DNA of 64,000 nt, taken from the NCBI GenBank assembly GCA_010405405.1, contig MU004231.1, forward strand, positions 2,846,401 to 2,910,400, written 5' to 3'. Below, piece by piece: positions 23,260-36,000 of this stretch. The stretch's first letter is position 1. Each line of letters starts with the position of its first letter. The notes beneath the pieces were generated by a model. That model made no database searches. It had not been told where the DNA came from and saw only the letters and a list, made by a program, of their open reading frames with translations. This DNA is from Microthyrium microscopicum (Eukaryota). The translations under genes and the position numbers were made by a program.

Positions 23260-25685
23260 ATGTCCAAGCGAGGAAGTAAGTATAACAAGAACCAACCCAC
23301 TAAATCTCCTGAGCAGCCTCCAGCGATAGCAGTATCAAACACTCCTTTTCATGGGAATGATTTTGTCCGAGAGGAACCAATTACAGCTCTTGCGTCAGAG
23401 GTTTATATACAAACCCCCGAAGCCGAAGCTTCGACCGCCGGGACTGCCCTACTACCTATAGAAGAAGCAACCGGGTATTCGGCAGGCTTCTTGCTATCCC
23501 CTGGAGGTGCCCTTGTGCCCGATTGGGATACCAATTTGAGTCTCAGTGATTTCCTGAACTTTTTTGAGCCTCAAGGCGAGCTGGCCGCAGCTTACCAACC
23601 GCATTCGTATCCCACCTTACAGGACTTTACAACTCCATTAACGCTTAGGTCTGATTCAGCTTGGTCGGCATCCCTTGCTACAGACCTAAAGTCCCCCGCT
23701 TCTAATGCGATTGGAGAAGAAGCATACGCCGATGTAACGGATCACTCTTTGCCGCCCAACATGTCTTTGCGAGGTGCAATGAAAAGGAAGGCAAGCTCCG
23801 TTTCTGAATTGCAAACAACAACTGAAGCTGGTCCTTCAACGTCTAAACGCCCTTCATTTGGGCGAACGGATTCGGCACGTATTGCATCCATGAGGGTTGA
23901 ATCCGCTCAGCACAGTCGACGAGAGTCAACACAGCCCGAAGATGTGTCGGAAACTGCGGATGCGCAAGGGACTACAGACCAAAAGGCCTTCAGGAGCGGG
24001 TCCAAACCAACCGCCGAATCCTCATCTGTCACTGCACGAAAGGCATCTGAGATAACAGCAAGGCTCAGCCCTATATTACCAGCCGGAAAGGTCTTTCCCA
24101 TCCGGATCGGAGCAGAACTTTTCCAGCTATCAGGCGCATCCATATCGTCAGACGGTGAGTTTTCTTGGTGTTGCGACTTCATTTCTCAACTCATAGCTGA
24201 CAAACTTTAGCGCCTTCATGTTTTTCCCACTACTTTGGCGAGCAGTTGCTCCAAAGCGGCGGCAAGGCGAGCTCGGTTAAGACGCTTTACATTGATCGAG
24301 ACGCTTCCACCTTTCAAGACATCGTACGACATCTCCAGGGTAAGCAACCAAGAACCCCTGAGCTTTTGACATAGCATCGTTTCTTATTGTAAGCACTTGA
24401 TTAACGGGTCTCTAGGATACCACATAAAACCCCGCGACGGAGCACACTATGTTAGGCTGTTTGCAGACGCACAGTTCTACAGCTGTAAGTAATCCCTGTC
24501 CTGTCAGACGCTTATATATATCGACTAGGATGCTAATGTCACGTTTTAGTACCTCGCCTAACCCAACAACTGTTCAAATCCGAAATCTTTGTACAGGTCG
24601 GGGAGCGGCACTTTCAAATACCCCGAGATATCTTTTCAGCTCCAGGCGACTCACCCAACTACTTCTCTCTTGGATTCGCCCACTACTTCTCTTCACCCCT
24701 TGATTCTTTACCAGCAAATGAGGGACAGGCTTTACTACGTCCTCCTTCTATTCAGCCTCCAGTAGTCCCGAATCGTGATGGAGACATTTTTGCAGAGTTG
24801 ATACATCTCCTCCAAGGATATGATATCGAGATTCGCGATGAAACACATCGCAACAAACTTCTTCGAGATGCCCGGTATTTTCATTTAAAAGGTCTGGAGC
24901 AGAAGCTTCTCCCCTTCGAAAAGTCCTTCAATCTTGGCCGGCAGCGGTATGAGATTGTCATGCGACTGGAAGATCTCAGACAGTCAGGAGTAATCTTTAC
25001 ACCAGACCCCGACTCAACTTCAGGCCAAGCGCCCGCTGATCTCAGCAAGCCAGCAACCCCGCATAGCATCATGGGTGGTAATGTAGACAGTGGAGCATCC
25101 AGACCAATGGGATGGATTTCCTATCAGCGGCCATTCGTTGATGAGAATACGTCAGATTTGGTTGTTGATATTACAGGGCCCCGTGAATCCATTCGCCTGG
25201 ATCCAAAGACACTGCGAGTAACATTCTACGGCGAGGTGCGTGCTCGCATCACTAGTCTTTTTCAAGTTATTGCAAACAAAATGGGTTTGCCTGCAACGCT
25301 ACCTCTTGGGCTTATGATGATACAGAGTGGCGGAGGTGTGGCGGCTCAGCCTGTCAGCCCTGCTAATTCTGGTGTCAGCGGGGATAGAGTAAAAGTACGG
25401 TTCGAAAGGGATTCATGGGTCGAAGTAGATGGTAAGGAGCTCGACTGGGACGATGAAGATGAAGATGAAGGAGATGATGAAGATTACGACTCTTGTCCTA
25501 ATCTTAAAGAACCTGCCGATCAAATCATGGAACGGGACTGGGTAGTAAAGCGTTCTCTATGGCGCTTGACTGTGGTGAACTCTAGCGAGTCTGGGAAACC
25601 TGAGGTGGTTATGGTAGTTGTCAAAGTGGAGGCTATCACGGATCAGAGAAGCAGGAACAGGAAAAGGGGCTTCATAAGTTCATAG
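23260..25685 (+). CDS. BTB/POZ (K+ channel tetramerisation-like) domain protein, multi-exon
   Basis: VFPIRIGAELFQLSGASISSD / APS.FSHYF / LYIDRD..TFQDI..HLQGY / LFADAQFYS-LPRL, and a second repeat with LLRDARYFHLKGLEQKL. Confidence 0.85.
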
Positions 25686-26780
25686 ACATTCTGCATTAGA
25701 CTTATGTGATACAGCTTATGCGAGATATCATATATTATTTGCCATTCCAGGCTGTTTCTGTATTCTACTCTCTTCTTCTTTCGAAAAACTCTAATGCTTT
25801 CGTGTCAAGAGATCTACTACTATTCCTGGAAGTCCATATCACGCGTTTACGTTGACTGTTTGACTGTCTAGATGGCGCAGACACTACATTATTATACACA
25901 GAAAACATACCTGGTACCAAGTACGATTTACAATAGCCATTACAGCGTACTATTCAAATCCATATATATACCGAGTTAGTTCTTTTGATGTGGAATACTG
26001 ATGAAAGGTCGGGGAGGACCAAAAAAAGAAACTTAAAACTATCAAAAAGAAATAACTTCGATTTCTTGTGTATCCCCCAAAAATAGATAACTTCTCACAA
26101 TTGAGAATTAAAACGACCCTCACGCGACTCGAACGCGCAGCCTCGTCCTCGCTATGCCACTGAGGGTAATAGGAGGGACGCGCGCTACCATTGCGCTGTA
26201 ATATGTGGTTAGCCATGGGCTGACAAAGGGAGTTTCGTGGTACTACACACCCAAAGGGCCTTAAACTGGAACTAAATTTCAGTTTTACAGCTCTGCAAAA
26301 CGGACGCAGATCAGCTCAAAAATTGCTTGTTTTTAGTTATATTAAATACATTTTAAGTCTGTGACGGTATCCTGCATTTTTAACTACTTGCGCCTTCCAT
26401 CTCCATGGTATAACCATTTCCATATCGAGTCATATCATACAACGCTCATATTTTGGTTCCAACAAGTTCGAGCAACAGTTTGGGTTCTGCTGATGTTGGG
26501 TTGCAATTTGATAAAACTGGTAACTCTAGAGAGGAGTAATTGATCAGTCCGTCTTCTACCACAAGCATAACGAATTTATACTTCATGCCGGCAACTTTGC
26601 TGTTCTATGATGCTTCTTTCAACGCCATCAAGATGACAAAATGTTTAGTTGATATATCTGCTGAATGATGGTTCACAGCTCATGTTGAGATTACAAAACC
26701 GCAGCAAGGACAATGCTTCCAAAGGCGAGGTCAACAATTAGTGGACGATCTATCCAAGTGAATTCCCTGCACCTTGGTCC

Positions 26781-28139
26781 TTAAAGCGCGCCGTATCCGA
26801 GTGCCATGTTCTCGTGGTTCAAAGGACAAGTTCCGCCCTCAATTAGAAACTCTTTCAGCTCTGGCCAAAGACTATCCCTGAGATCTGGCCATATTTGCCA
26901 ATGCTCAGCATACGGCTCGGTTTGTCCCCACAAGTTCCCACTAACGTCTGCATCCTGCAGGTTCATTGTCTGCTGAATAGTAGTCAAAAATGTTATCCAC
27001 GAACTGTCAAGGGTGATTCCCTCTAACACAAGTTCCCTAAAGGTGTGATGGTGCTTTGCTGCGAACGACAAAAATTCGCTGCTTTGTATGAGTACGGTAC
27101 TGAGCTCCAGATATTGAAAACGAGGCCATGTTCCATTTTTGTCGAAGATATCATCGAAGCTCGCCCCACATGTTCCGTCTTCGTCGCGGTAGTCGAAAGT
27201 CACGGACAGCTTCTCGAGGTTTGGTAAAGCTTTAATAAAACGGCGTAAATGTCCGTCTTCCATAGCCTCGCTACATTCGGTAGCTTCCAGGCCTTCGAAC
27301 TCAAATTCATCCCGACCTCCTTCTTCCGTAATTCCTGCAAGCTCTTCTCTCAGTTCTTGAACCTCAGTTATACCAAGGCTCGTTGTGATCTGCAATACAA
27401 GAGTTGTGAGGTGGGATAAACTGGGCAGCACATGAGACAGATCCGACACCGAGAACTGAGGAAAGAATCTCCAGCTGATGTAGCCGACTTCAAGCTCTTT
27501 CAGCCGCGTTTCTGACTTGACTACAGCCTTGAGCAGGGCATTGAGATCCGACACTCCCAAAGGATCCGATATTTCGCCCAAATGCGCACCCAAACTGTGT
27601 GCGTCCCAGGGACTATTGTGATAACTGATTTGAGATGTCAGAGAGATTGATTCCAAGTTGCTGAGTTTACTGAGAGCAAAGGTCCAAACATTGTGGTGAA
27701 TCTTGTTGCGAAGGATCACATCCTGAGTAATCGCAGTGGCTCTATAGACCTCATATTCTTCTTGCAGATTCCTCTTCGGGCGCGGCCTGACCAGACCTTT
27801 CTTTGCCAGGTTTTTTCTGATGAGTAGCTCATTGATTTCTTGCATGCGAATCTCACTCTGCTCAGCTTTGGCGACGTGTTCTTCGTTTGAAAGGACTGGA
27901 TCCATAAGGCCATCGATGTCCAGACGTAGCGATCGTACGGCCTGACTGGCGGCTTGATGAGAGGCCAGCTCCGAAAGCCTAAGAAGACTACGGTGATGTA
28001 AGTAAGCCACAGCGTCTTCGAATAAGTACTCCAGTCCAATTTCCGAAAACTGCCAGCAAGACAGCCTAAAGTTTGCAATATCTGCTGGGTCCAGACATCG
28101 GACAATCATGTGCATAAGTTCAATGGGGAAGGGTGTCAT
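26781..28139 (-). CDS. F-box domain protein with LRR-like C-terminus
   Basis: 452-aa ORF; N-terminal FPIELMHMIVRCL...DIANFRLSC..F F-box-like motif; LxxLxL repeats. Confidence 0.75.
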   Translation of the reverse strand: MTPFPIELMHMIVRCLDPADIANFRLSCWQFSEIGLEYLFEDAVAYLHHRSLLRLSELASHQAASQAVRSLRLDIDGLMDPVLSNEEHVAKAEQSEIRMQEINELLIRKNLAKKGLVRPRPKRNLQEEYEVYRATAITQDVILRNKIHHNVWTFALSKLSNLESISLTSQISYHNSPWDAHSLGAHLGEISDPLGVSDLNALLKAVVKSETRLKELEVGYISWRFFPQFSVSDLSHVLPSLSHLTTLVLQITTSLGITEVQELREELAGITEEGGRDEFEFEGLEATECSEAMEDGHLRRFIKALPNLEKLSVTFDYRDEDGTCGASFDDIFDKNGTWPRFQYLELSTVLIQSSEFLSFAAKHHHTFRELVLEGITLDSSWITFLTTIQQTMNLQDADVSGNLWGQTEPYAEHWQIWPDLRDSLWPELKEFLIEGGTCPLNHENMALGYGAL

Positions 28140-29043
28140 GATTGATGGTGTTCCTGCGAAGCTGAAATTTTTGAAGCTGTGGTGAGCTCAGAGGCTGGTT
28201 TTGAAATTCGATTGCGAAGGAAGCTTTTTGAGATTCATAACGGAAGGATTCCTCAATCGGTCTTATATACGCCAAATGAAGTCGAGTTGTTGTTGGGAAC
28301 TCAGGGACCGTACCGTAGGGTAGCGACGCGCTCCACACGCGTGGTCCCCTGAGCTGAAAACGCCGCGCACGTAATGATGATCATGGATGAAAGCTCCATC
28401 GAGATTCAAGATGTCTATCACTTGGCCCTTGAATTGCCAACCATCAACCGCCATCAGAGCATTCTTGGAATCCCACACAAAAGTTGGCAGGGAGAACGCC
28501 TTGGACGCCTTTGCCCCTTCTCTGGCTAAGCAGGTCTTTAGACCTAAATCACGAAACATCTTGAACTTCAGCATACCTAGTCGCACAATACAGCTCAATC
28601 CTCGTCCTGATAATTTGGAAGCTAGCTGAAATTGAGCTGTTCCTTCATCCTTCCACTCGAGTTGCCTCAAGGCGCAAAGTTGTTAGAACAATGATCTTGA
28701 TTCAACAATGACACCTGCCGCTCACAACATTTTAAGCTCGCCTATCCACGAAAGTTTGCGATTCAAATTAAATGACATTCAAGGCAGGTCGAGCCTGAAA
28801 GAGCATTGATGGCCAAAGCGGTCACTGTCCTTGCCTGCAGCACCCGATTACCTAGCAAGTTCCGCAGCACTTGAGCCAGAAGCATATAATGATTTATTAT
28901 CTACCAAATACAAAGTAAGTCGCTTCAAGATGTGATGATGCGATAGTCCCGAGTCTCGCCTGAATAAAGTATGTATATTTTCGAGATCTGTTGTTATATC
29001 GTAATGCGTAACACAAGACCGAGATGTTGAGATAATGCCGATT

Positions 29044-30476
29044 TCAAACCAAGAATGCCTTCGTTCCCAGCCTCGATAGTCGGTCCCTGGCTTCCTGGAG
29101 TTCCAAATCGTCGTTCATAGTCTATAGATTACACAGTCAGATAATGCTCTTCAGGATCAGATATTGACCAGACTGGGAAAACTGCGTACCTCTCCCGCTT
29201 GCTGACTGCTTTCTCTCAACAGTTATTTCCTGCAGATTTGGCAGCTGGCCCCCAAGCTTTCTTCCTTCCAGTATGGATAGAAGCTGTATGGCATCTTGAG
29301 GTGTGGATACTTTGCCCAGGCGCAAAGCACGTAGTGATCGCGGCAAACATCTGAGTACGACAGAATCTATGCCTACTGCACTAGACCATTCAATTACCAG
29401 CTGGCGAATGTGACTGCTTTCAAGGAATGGACAGAAAAGCAATGTTGTTTGAGGATCAGGAGCAAAATTCTCAAGAACGACTTCAAATCTGAACAGTGTA
29501 TGCCTTCGAACCGCATTTAGTGCTGGCAAAAAGGTTGAGTTGAAAAAAGCCGGGGCAGAAGGGTTCAGAATGAGAGATTCACGTATGCTTAAACCCTCGG
29601 GGCGAAGCGAGCGGAGGACTTCTCGAGTAAGGCATGGACTAGTTCCCAGTGGTCTAGAGTGGGATCCCCATGCTAATAACTGAGTTGCTGCTGGTCGCAG
29701 CGATGGTATTATGTCCCAAGTCTGTAAGATGTCGAAGGCAGGAAAGCGCTGCGACGGTTTCCATTGGGCTACTGGTTGAATAACCAGTGAAGTGGAGTCT
29801 TCTCAGGCTTGAAATCGGACGGAGAAATGCAAGAGAATGATTATCGGTATGAACTGTGAGATCCGTAAGGTTTGGAAAGCAGGTATTGAGGGACCGCAGC
29901 AGTGTGTCATAAAGAGCTGTGTATTCTGCTCTGTTATCATGTGGGAGCCTGTAATCTTTTAGCATAAAATCATTACAGTAAACACGTGTATAGCATAAAT
30001 TTGTCGGTACGCTCACGTCCTACTCTATCCAATACTCGTAGAAACAGGCATGTATAAGGCACTAGTCAAGACAATTCTCAAGATGCCTGCTGGCTTCCAA
30101 CTTACTTGTACACTGCTAACTTCGTCACATTGCTCATCAGCTGTAGGGTGGATCGCAGGCGTGCGCATTCCTCATCGGCGACAATGCTGGATTGGCCATG
30201 ATTTCCATTCGTTAAGCCCACATGTTCGCTTAGAACGAGGGAAAAGCTCAGAGCATCAACGTGGTGTAGATTTGACGTCCCTGCTCTTTGAATCCAAGTA
30301 TACAGATCATCTTGAGACTCGAATGTGAGTGGCCGACGATACATAAATGGTAAGGTCTCGTTATAGATTTGGTGTGAGACTCTAAGAACCTGCGAATTGG
30401 CGTCACCGCTTTCGGAGAAAACCAGATTCCAGATTCGATCTCGAATGGCTATGGGAAGATTTGTAAGGGCTGGCAT
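29044..30476 (-). pseudogene. F-box-like/LRR protein with an apparent 1-bp frameshift
   Basis: MPALTNLPIAIRDRIWNLVF..LRVSHQIYNE. Intron ~29949-30105 joins in frame (VYK-LPHD). An extra base at 29715-29717 separates two otherwise continuous LRR-like frames. 3' end uncertain. Confidence 0.6.
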
Positions 30477-32230
30477 AAGTGAAGACTTGGTACGAATTAA
30501 GTCTGGAATTTTGAGGCAGTCGGGGAAGAGTGAAACACAAACTCTTGATATCTAGAATGAAGCCAAAGTGAGATTCAGATCTGCGCTATATGTGAGATAG
30601 TGCTAGTGAATGGAATGACCCGCCTTCAAATCGAGATGGCGCCTCTACTTCGATAGCGGGCGCCCACAAGGGAACTAATGAATAACAGATCACTTCGAAC
30701 GTGCCTACATGTCACAAAAAAACATGACAAGAGGAAACAAGAAGAAAGAAATCAGACCCCAGCTGGGTTTCTACCTTCTCAATTTGGTACCTTTGTAAGA
30801 TCCTCATTTCTCTCTCCACCAAGAAGCATCACCAAGAGTGATGCAAGCTTGGTTTACCCTTGGACAGCTCAGCCACCCGAGCAGTTGCTTGTTACTGTAT
30901 AAATGTCCCTGATAAAACAGTTTTGGTGGTCCGATTATGGACTTGATAAATCATTGATTGGGCAACAGAGATCCTGGAGGAGATATCGGACAGCGTTCTA
31001 CTAACCTGTTCAATTGGAACGCTTGAGCCCGATCCACGCCTATCTAATCCAGCCCGGCTATCGAGCGATTTGAATCTACATAGTGATGAGACCTGGCAGT
31101 TCATAGGCTGACTTGCAGCAGCAGTCACAATCCATGTCGGAGCTTGGCTGAGCCGAAGCAGACCGCTCAGTCGTGAGTTCTACCTGCTGGTGGAACAACT
31201 ATCGTCGTTGTTGGCTCCTGCATAGTGAATAGTGTGCAACCAACGTCTGTTCGGTCTGCGGGAGTGCAGATCTCCGATTTTTAGCTTAATCATTCGCAGC
31301 TTTGAACTTAGAGGAAAGCAGGACTACGACTAACAGTACTGAGCGCTCCACATAATGCTCTTTTGCTTCGACACCCGATCTAGTCTTGTGACTTGGTACC
31401 TCTAATCATTAATGATACGATCAGTCACAGATGGACGATTGACCTGTTTTACCTGTATAGTTCGTGAAATAGCCATCGCTTACTTGCTTGGAGTTTTGGA
31501 CAATCTCAAAATGAGAAGCTCCAATGGTTTAGGACTCTTCGACCATAAACAGAGCAGGACGTTTCCTGTTCATGAAGGTACCGAGCAGATTACACTGTGA
31601 GTCTGGCACCTCTATGAAGTGCACGTCACCCTTGCGAGTGTTTTCTGATTCCATGGAAGCCTCGTTGTTGGACGTCATCTGGGTTGACCAACCATTCGAC
31701 GCTTCTATGGCGAATTAGCGAAAGAATGGTGGCACCGCGTTCGCGCTAAAACTTACCGTACTTTGGGATTTCGGCCCTTCCCATGGCTACTTGAAGTTCG
31801 GCCTGCGTTACAAACTGATAATTCGAGTTTACAGTAAAACCTCCTCAATTCCAGGTGGTGACTACTAGGCGGTAGAGATATACATTTTGATGAATTGTAC
31901 GAGCAGATGCACCACGACGATCTCCCAATCCGAGAAAGTCTCTTTGGCATCACAGACACTTCCATTATCCTTTACATATCGTAGAACCAATCATCGGGCG
32001 CGCGATGGGGTTGGTGATGTTCAGCCTTGAGGTTCTGGAGAAAGAGCTTGGAGCCATTTCAGGACGTAGCCGACGGCGTGGCACGCTTAGCGTCCTGCGG
32101 CAAGAACCGCCTAGCTACTAATTCAACCAATCTATTGGTTACTATGCAGAACTAGTGATGCTTTTCCCAGATTTCCTGGAAATTTCACGCGAGAAACCTG
32201 CTACGTGGGAACGGTAAGATCGCTCGCCAT

Positions 32231-32382
32231 TGTTGTGATGAAGAACATGCCAAGGGATTAGATAATCATAGGACCTAATTAGGGATGACATAATCTCCTA
32301 ATTAGCGTGTCCTAAAAACTATATTAGGCCCTTAAATTCTTGTAGTAATTAACCACGCTTTATTTCTTATATTCTTATAATA
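32231..32382 (+). repeat. 5' LTR of copy 2
   Basis: 152-bp repeat beginning TGTTG. Confidence 0.95.
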
Positions 32383-33046
32383 TTTAGTAGTAATAATTTA
32401 ATTTAATTAGGACCTCTAGATAACGAACCTCTTATAAGAATTCCTAGATTTATCTTATTATTAATAATTACTTAGGATTAATATTTAGTAAGATATACTC
32501 TAAGAATACTATCTTCTAATTAGCTAGCCTTATTATAGCTTAATACCTAGTAACTATATATTAGAAAATAATTCTTAGGATTTATATATAATAATATTCT
32601 TTACTATAATATATCCTAAAAATATTTTAAATTATCTTTAATTTAAACTACTACTTTAAGAATTATTAAATATATTATAAGAATTATTTCTCTTATAATA
32701 ATACTCTCTTTATCCTTACTAACCTTTGCTACGTTAATTATATAGCTATTAGACGAAATATAGGAACTTCTTCTTAGAAAATTCCTTAAGATAATGTTAT
32801 AGGAACTTCACTATATAAATTAAAGCTAATAAGTAATAACGTAGACTCTTAGCCTTAAGTTATTTTAGGAAATTAGATTAAGATCTTATCTATACTAAGG
32901 AAGTATAAAAATCTACCTTAGAATAATTTCCTAATTCTAGATTTTGTCTAATTAACTTTAGTATAGAAACTTCTAGACCTTAAGACTTTTCTTCTATCTT
33001 ACTAAGATTATACTCTTTATTAAAACTATTACCTCTTTTTACTAAA

Positions 33047-36000
33047 ATAAATAACTAGTATAATAATATTATAGCCTAAGCTATAGAATAAAATACCTAG
33101 TAAGTATAATACTAAGCCTAAGTTACTAACTTAGGTTTCTAAGATAAGTAACTTACTTCTATATTACTAAATAACCTTTCTAACGTACTAAATCTTAGTC
33201 TTAACCTTATAACTTAGGTTACTAATATTTAGTAATTAGGGCCTTAAGCCCTAAACTATTTTACTAATATATATTAAGTTAATCTCTAGACTATTAACTA
33301 TTCTTCTACTAAATTATAAACTTCCTTTTAAGCTTAGAACTATACTCCTAGGGAACCTAACTATATTTCCTAGGCCTATAATTAAACTTTCTAACGTAAT
33401 AATAATAAAAATTAGTAGTTTGTAAATAGGCCTATTCCTTTTTAGAAAGCGTTATTTTACTCTACTACTAATAGGTAAAGTAAATAAGATTATAGCCTTA
33501 AACCTATAGAGGACGTCTAATATATTTAGTAATAAGAAATAGTAAATTATATTACTAAATTAACTTCTTACCTTAATATAAGTAAGTTTACTTTACGTAC
33601 TTAAGATTATTAAGTAAATAAAATTAAGGCTTATGCCTAGACTTAGGCTTTAACCTAAGAAACTTTATAAATAGGTATTACTTACCTAAACCTTATAGGA
33701 AAGCTAAGTAAGGAGTTAGATAAGACTATTAAATTACTCTTCTAAACTTTTAGTCCTTAAAAACTTATTAAGATAATAAGGGATGTTCCTTAGGAATAGA
33801 GATAATATTTAACTAAGTTTAAGATGCTTCTTAATAGTTTATTCTCTAGGAAACTAAGTAAGTATAATGCCTAGGCTAAGAGCCTCCTTTATATCTTTAA
33901 GGCTAGTAAGGATATTCTTCTATTAGATTCTACCTTATCTAAGTAGTAGAAAATTACTAAGGTTAAAGAATATCTTCCTATTAAGTAATATTTCTTATAA
34001 GCTAACTTAGCCTAGTAATAGGCTATAGAGAAGTTTAAGATACTTAAAAGTTTATCTTACTTTTTTACCTACTTTTAACCTATATTTAGTATTAAAAAAG
34101 ATATGCTTAAAGTTAATATTTAGTAGAATTATATATTATAGGTTTTATTTACTAAGGAATTTATCTATTATCTTTATATCTTATAGACTTAAATAAATCT
34201 TATACTTACTAATTATAAAATAAGTATCTAAATCTAAGGAGGCCTTAAAGAATAAGTTACTCTTAAAGCTAAGTATAGACATAGTGCTATTCTTAATCCT
34301 ATAGTTAATATTTTAGCCTTTAAATAAGAGATTATTAAATATAATATAGACTTTTATAGGAATACGTATAATACTTATAATGCTTATAAGTTAGGGTAGC
34401 TTAATAAAATCTTTTTTAATTTTAAAAAAGATAAAGAGCCTACCCTAGATACTAGTTTTAAAGAATATCTTAAGGAAGTTAATAATAAAAGCTATACTAA
34501 TAATAAGCTTAAGTTAAATAATAAAAATTTAGGGTAGCTTAATGCTATAAATAGTTATAATTACTATTCTAGAGAATAATATAATACTCTACGCTCTAAG
34601 AAATTTAACTCTAATAAAAAGTTATAGCCTTTTTATAAAAAGGACTCTAAAAGTAGGAAAGCTTCTATAGATAATTTTAAACTTAAGTACTAGAATTATA
34701 GTAAACTTAGCTACTACGCTATAGATTATAAAAAGCTTAATTAATAATAATAGGGTTTAAAAAACTATTATTACTAAGAGATAAATAGGAATCTTCTAGC
34801 TTAGAACTAGAATACCTTATTTATCTATATAGTAATTAATAAGCTTTCCTTAACTATATAAGTAGATATAGTAATACTCTCTTATATCTATCTATTTACT
34901 TATATTATAAAAATTATTCTATTAAGATTATAGCTCTCTTAGACTTAGGAGCTAACTCTATTTACGTTAGTTAAAAGATTATTAAGAAACTTAAAGCTCT
35001 TATAATACCTATCCTAGAGAAAAAAGTTATTCTTATAAATATCTATATAATTATAACTTTCTTTAGAATTTACTTACTTTATTATATTAGGACCTTTTAT
35101 AGTTACTTTAAGGCTTATATCTTAAATATTCTTAATCTTAATATTATTTTTAGACTCTTATAGTTCTAGTTATATAATCCCTAGATTAATTAGATAATAG
35201 AGTAAATTAAGCTTATAAAATAACGCTTAGGGGGCCTATATACTTATAAGCTTATTATAAGACGCTAAGTAGAGCCTCTCTAGAATAAGAAGAGCTACTT
35301 AGAATAAATAGAGTAGTTTATAGCTAGCTTTCTTTATATAATTTTTTAAGTACTTTAGAATAGAGTAAAAAGAGTAGAAGATAAAGTTAAGAATATTCTT
35401 TAGCTAATTTATAAAATATAAGAATAGCTTAATATCTTCTTAATAACTAATGACCTTAATATTAATAAACTTACTTTAGAAGATAAAAGTATATAGAAAC
35501 TTTTAAATAATTACTATAAATTCTTTTGTTATACCCTTCTTAAATTCTTCTTATATTCTAAGTTTAATTATAAAATCCTTATAAAGAATGCTCCTCTTTA
35601 TAACTAGGCTTATTATTAGATATTTAGCCTATAACTAAAAGAGTAAAAAAAGTAGATTTAAGAACTACTTACTAAAGGACTTATTAAAGTCTTAAGAAGT
35701 CCTTAGAGTTTCCTTATCCTATTTATACTAAAGCTAAGAGAAAAATAAAGAATATATATTAATTACTATCTACTTAATATAGTTACGCATAAAGATACTT
35801 ATTTTTTACTATAAATTAATAAGTATCTTAATACTATTAGTAGAGTAAGATTCTTCTCTAAGCTTAATCTTCTATTAGGCTATTAGTAAGTCTATATAGT
35901 AGAAAAAGATATTAAGAAAATAGCCTTTAATACTAAGTCTAAGAAGTATAAGTTCCTTATTATATTTTTTAAATTAATAAATACGCTATTATTCTTCTAG

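Noticed and set aside
30500..32225. Gene disrupted by copy 2 (likewise short ORFs at 10440-11300, 12156-14100, 41840-43900)
   Set aside because: No recognisable protein motif or coherent exon chain across the insertion points.
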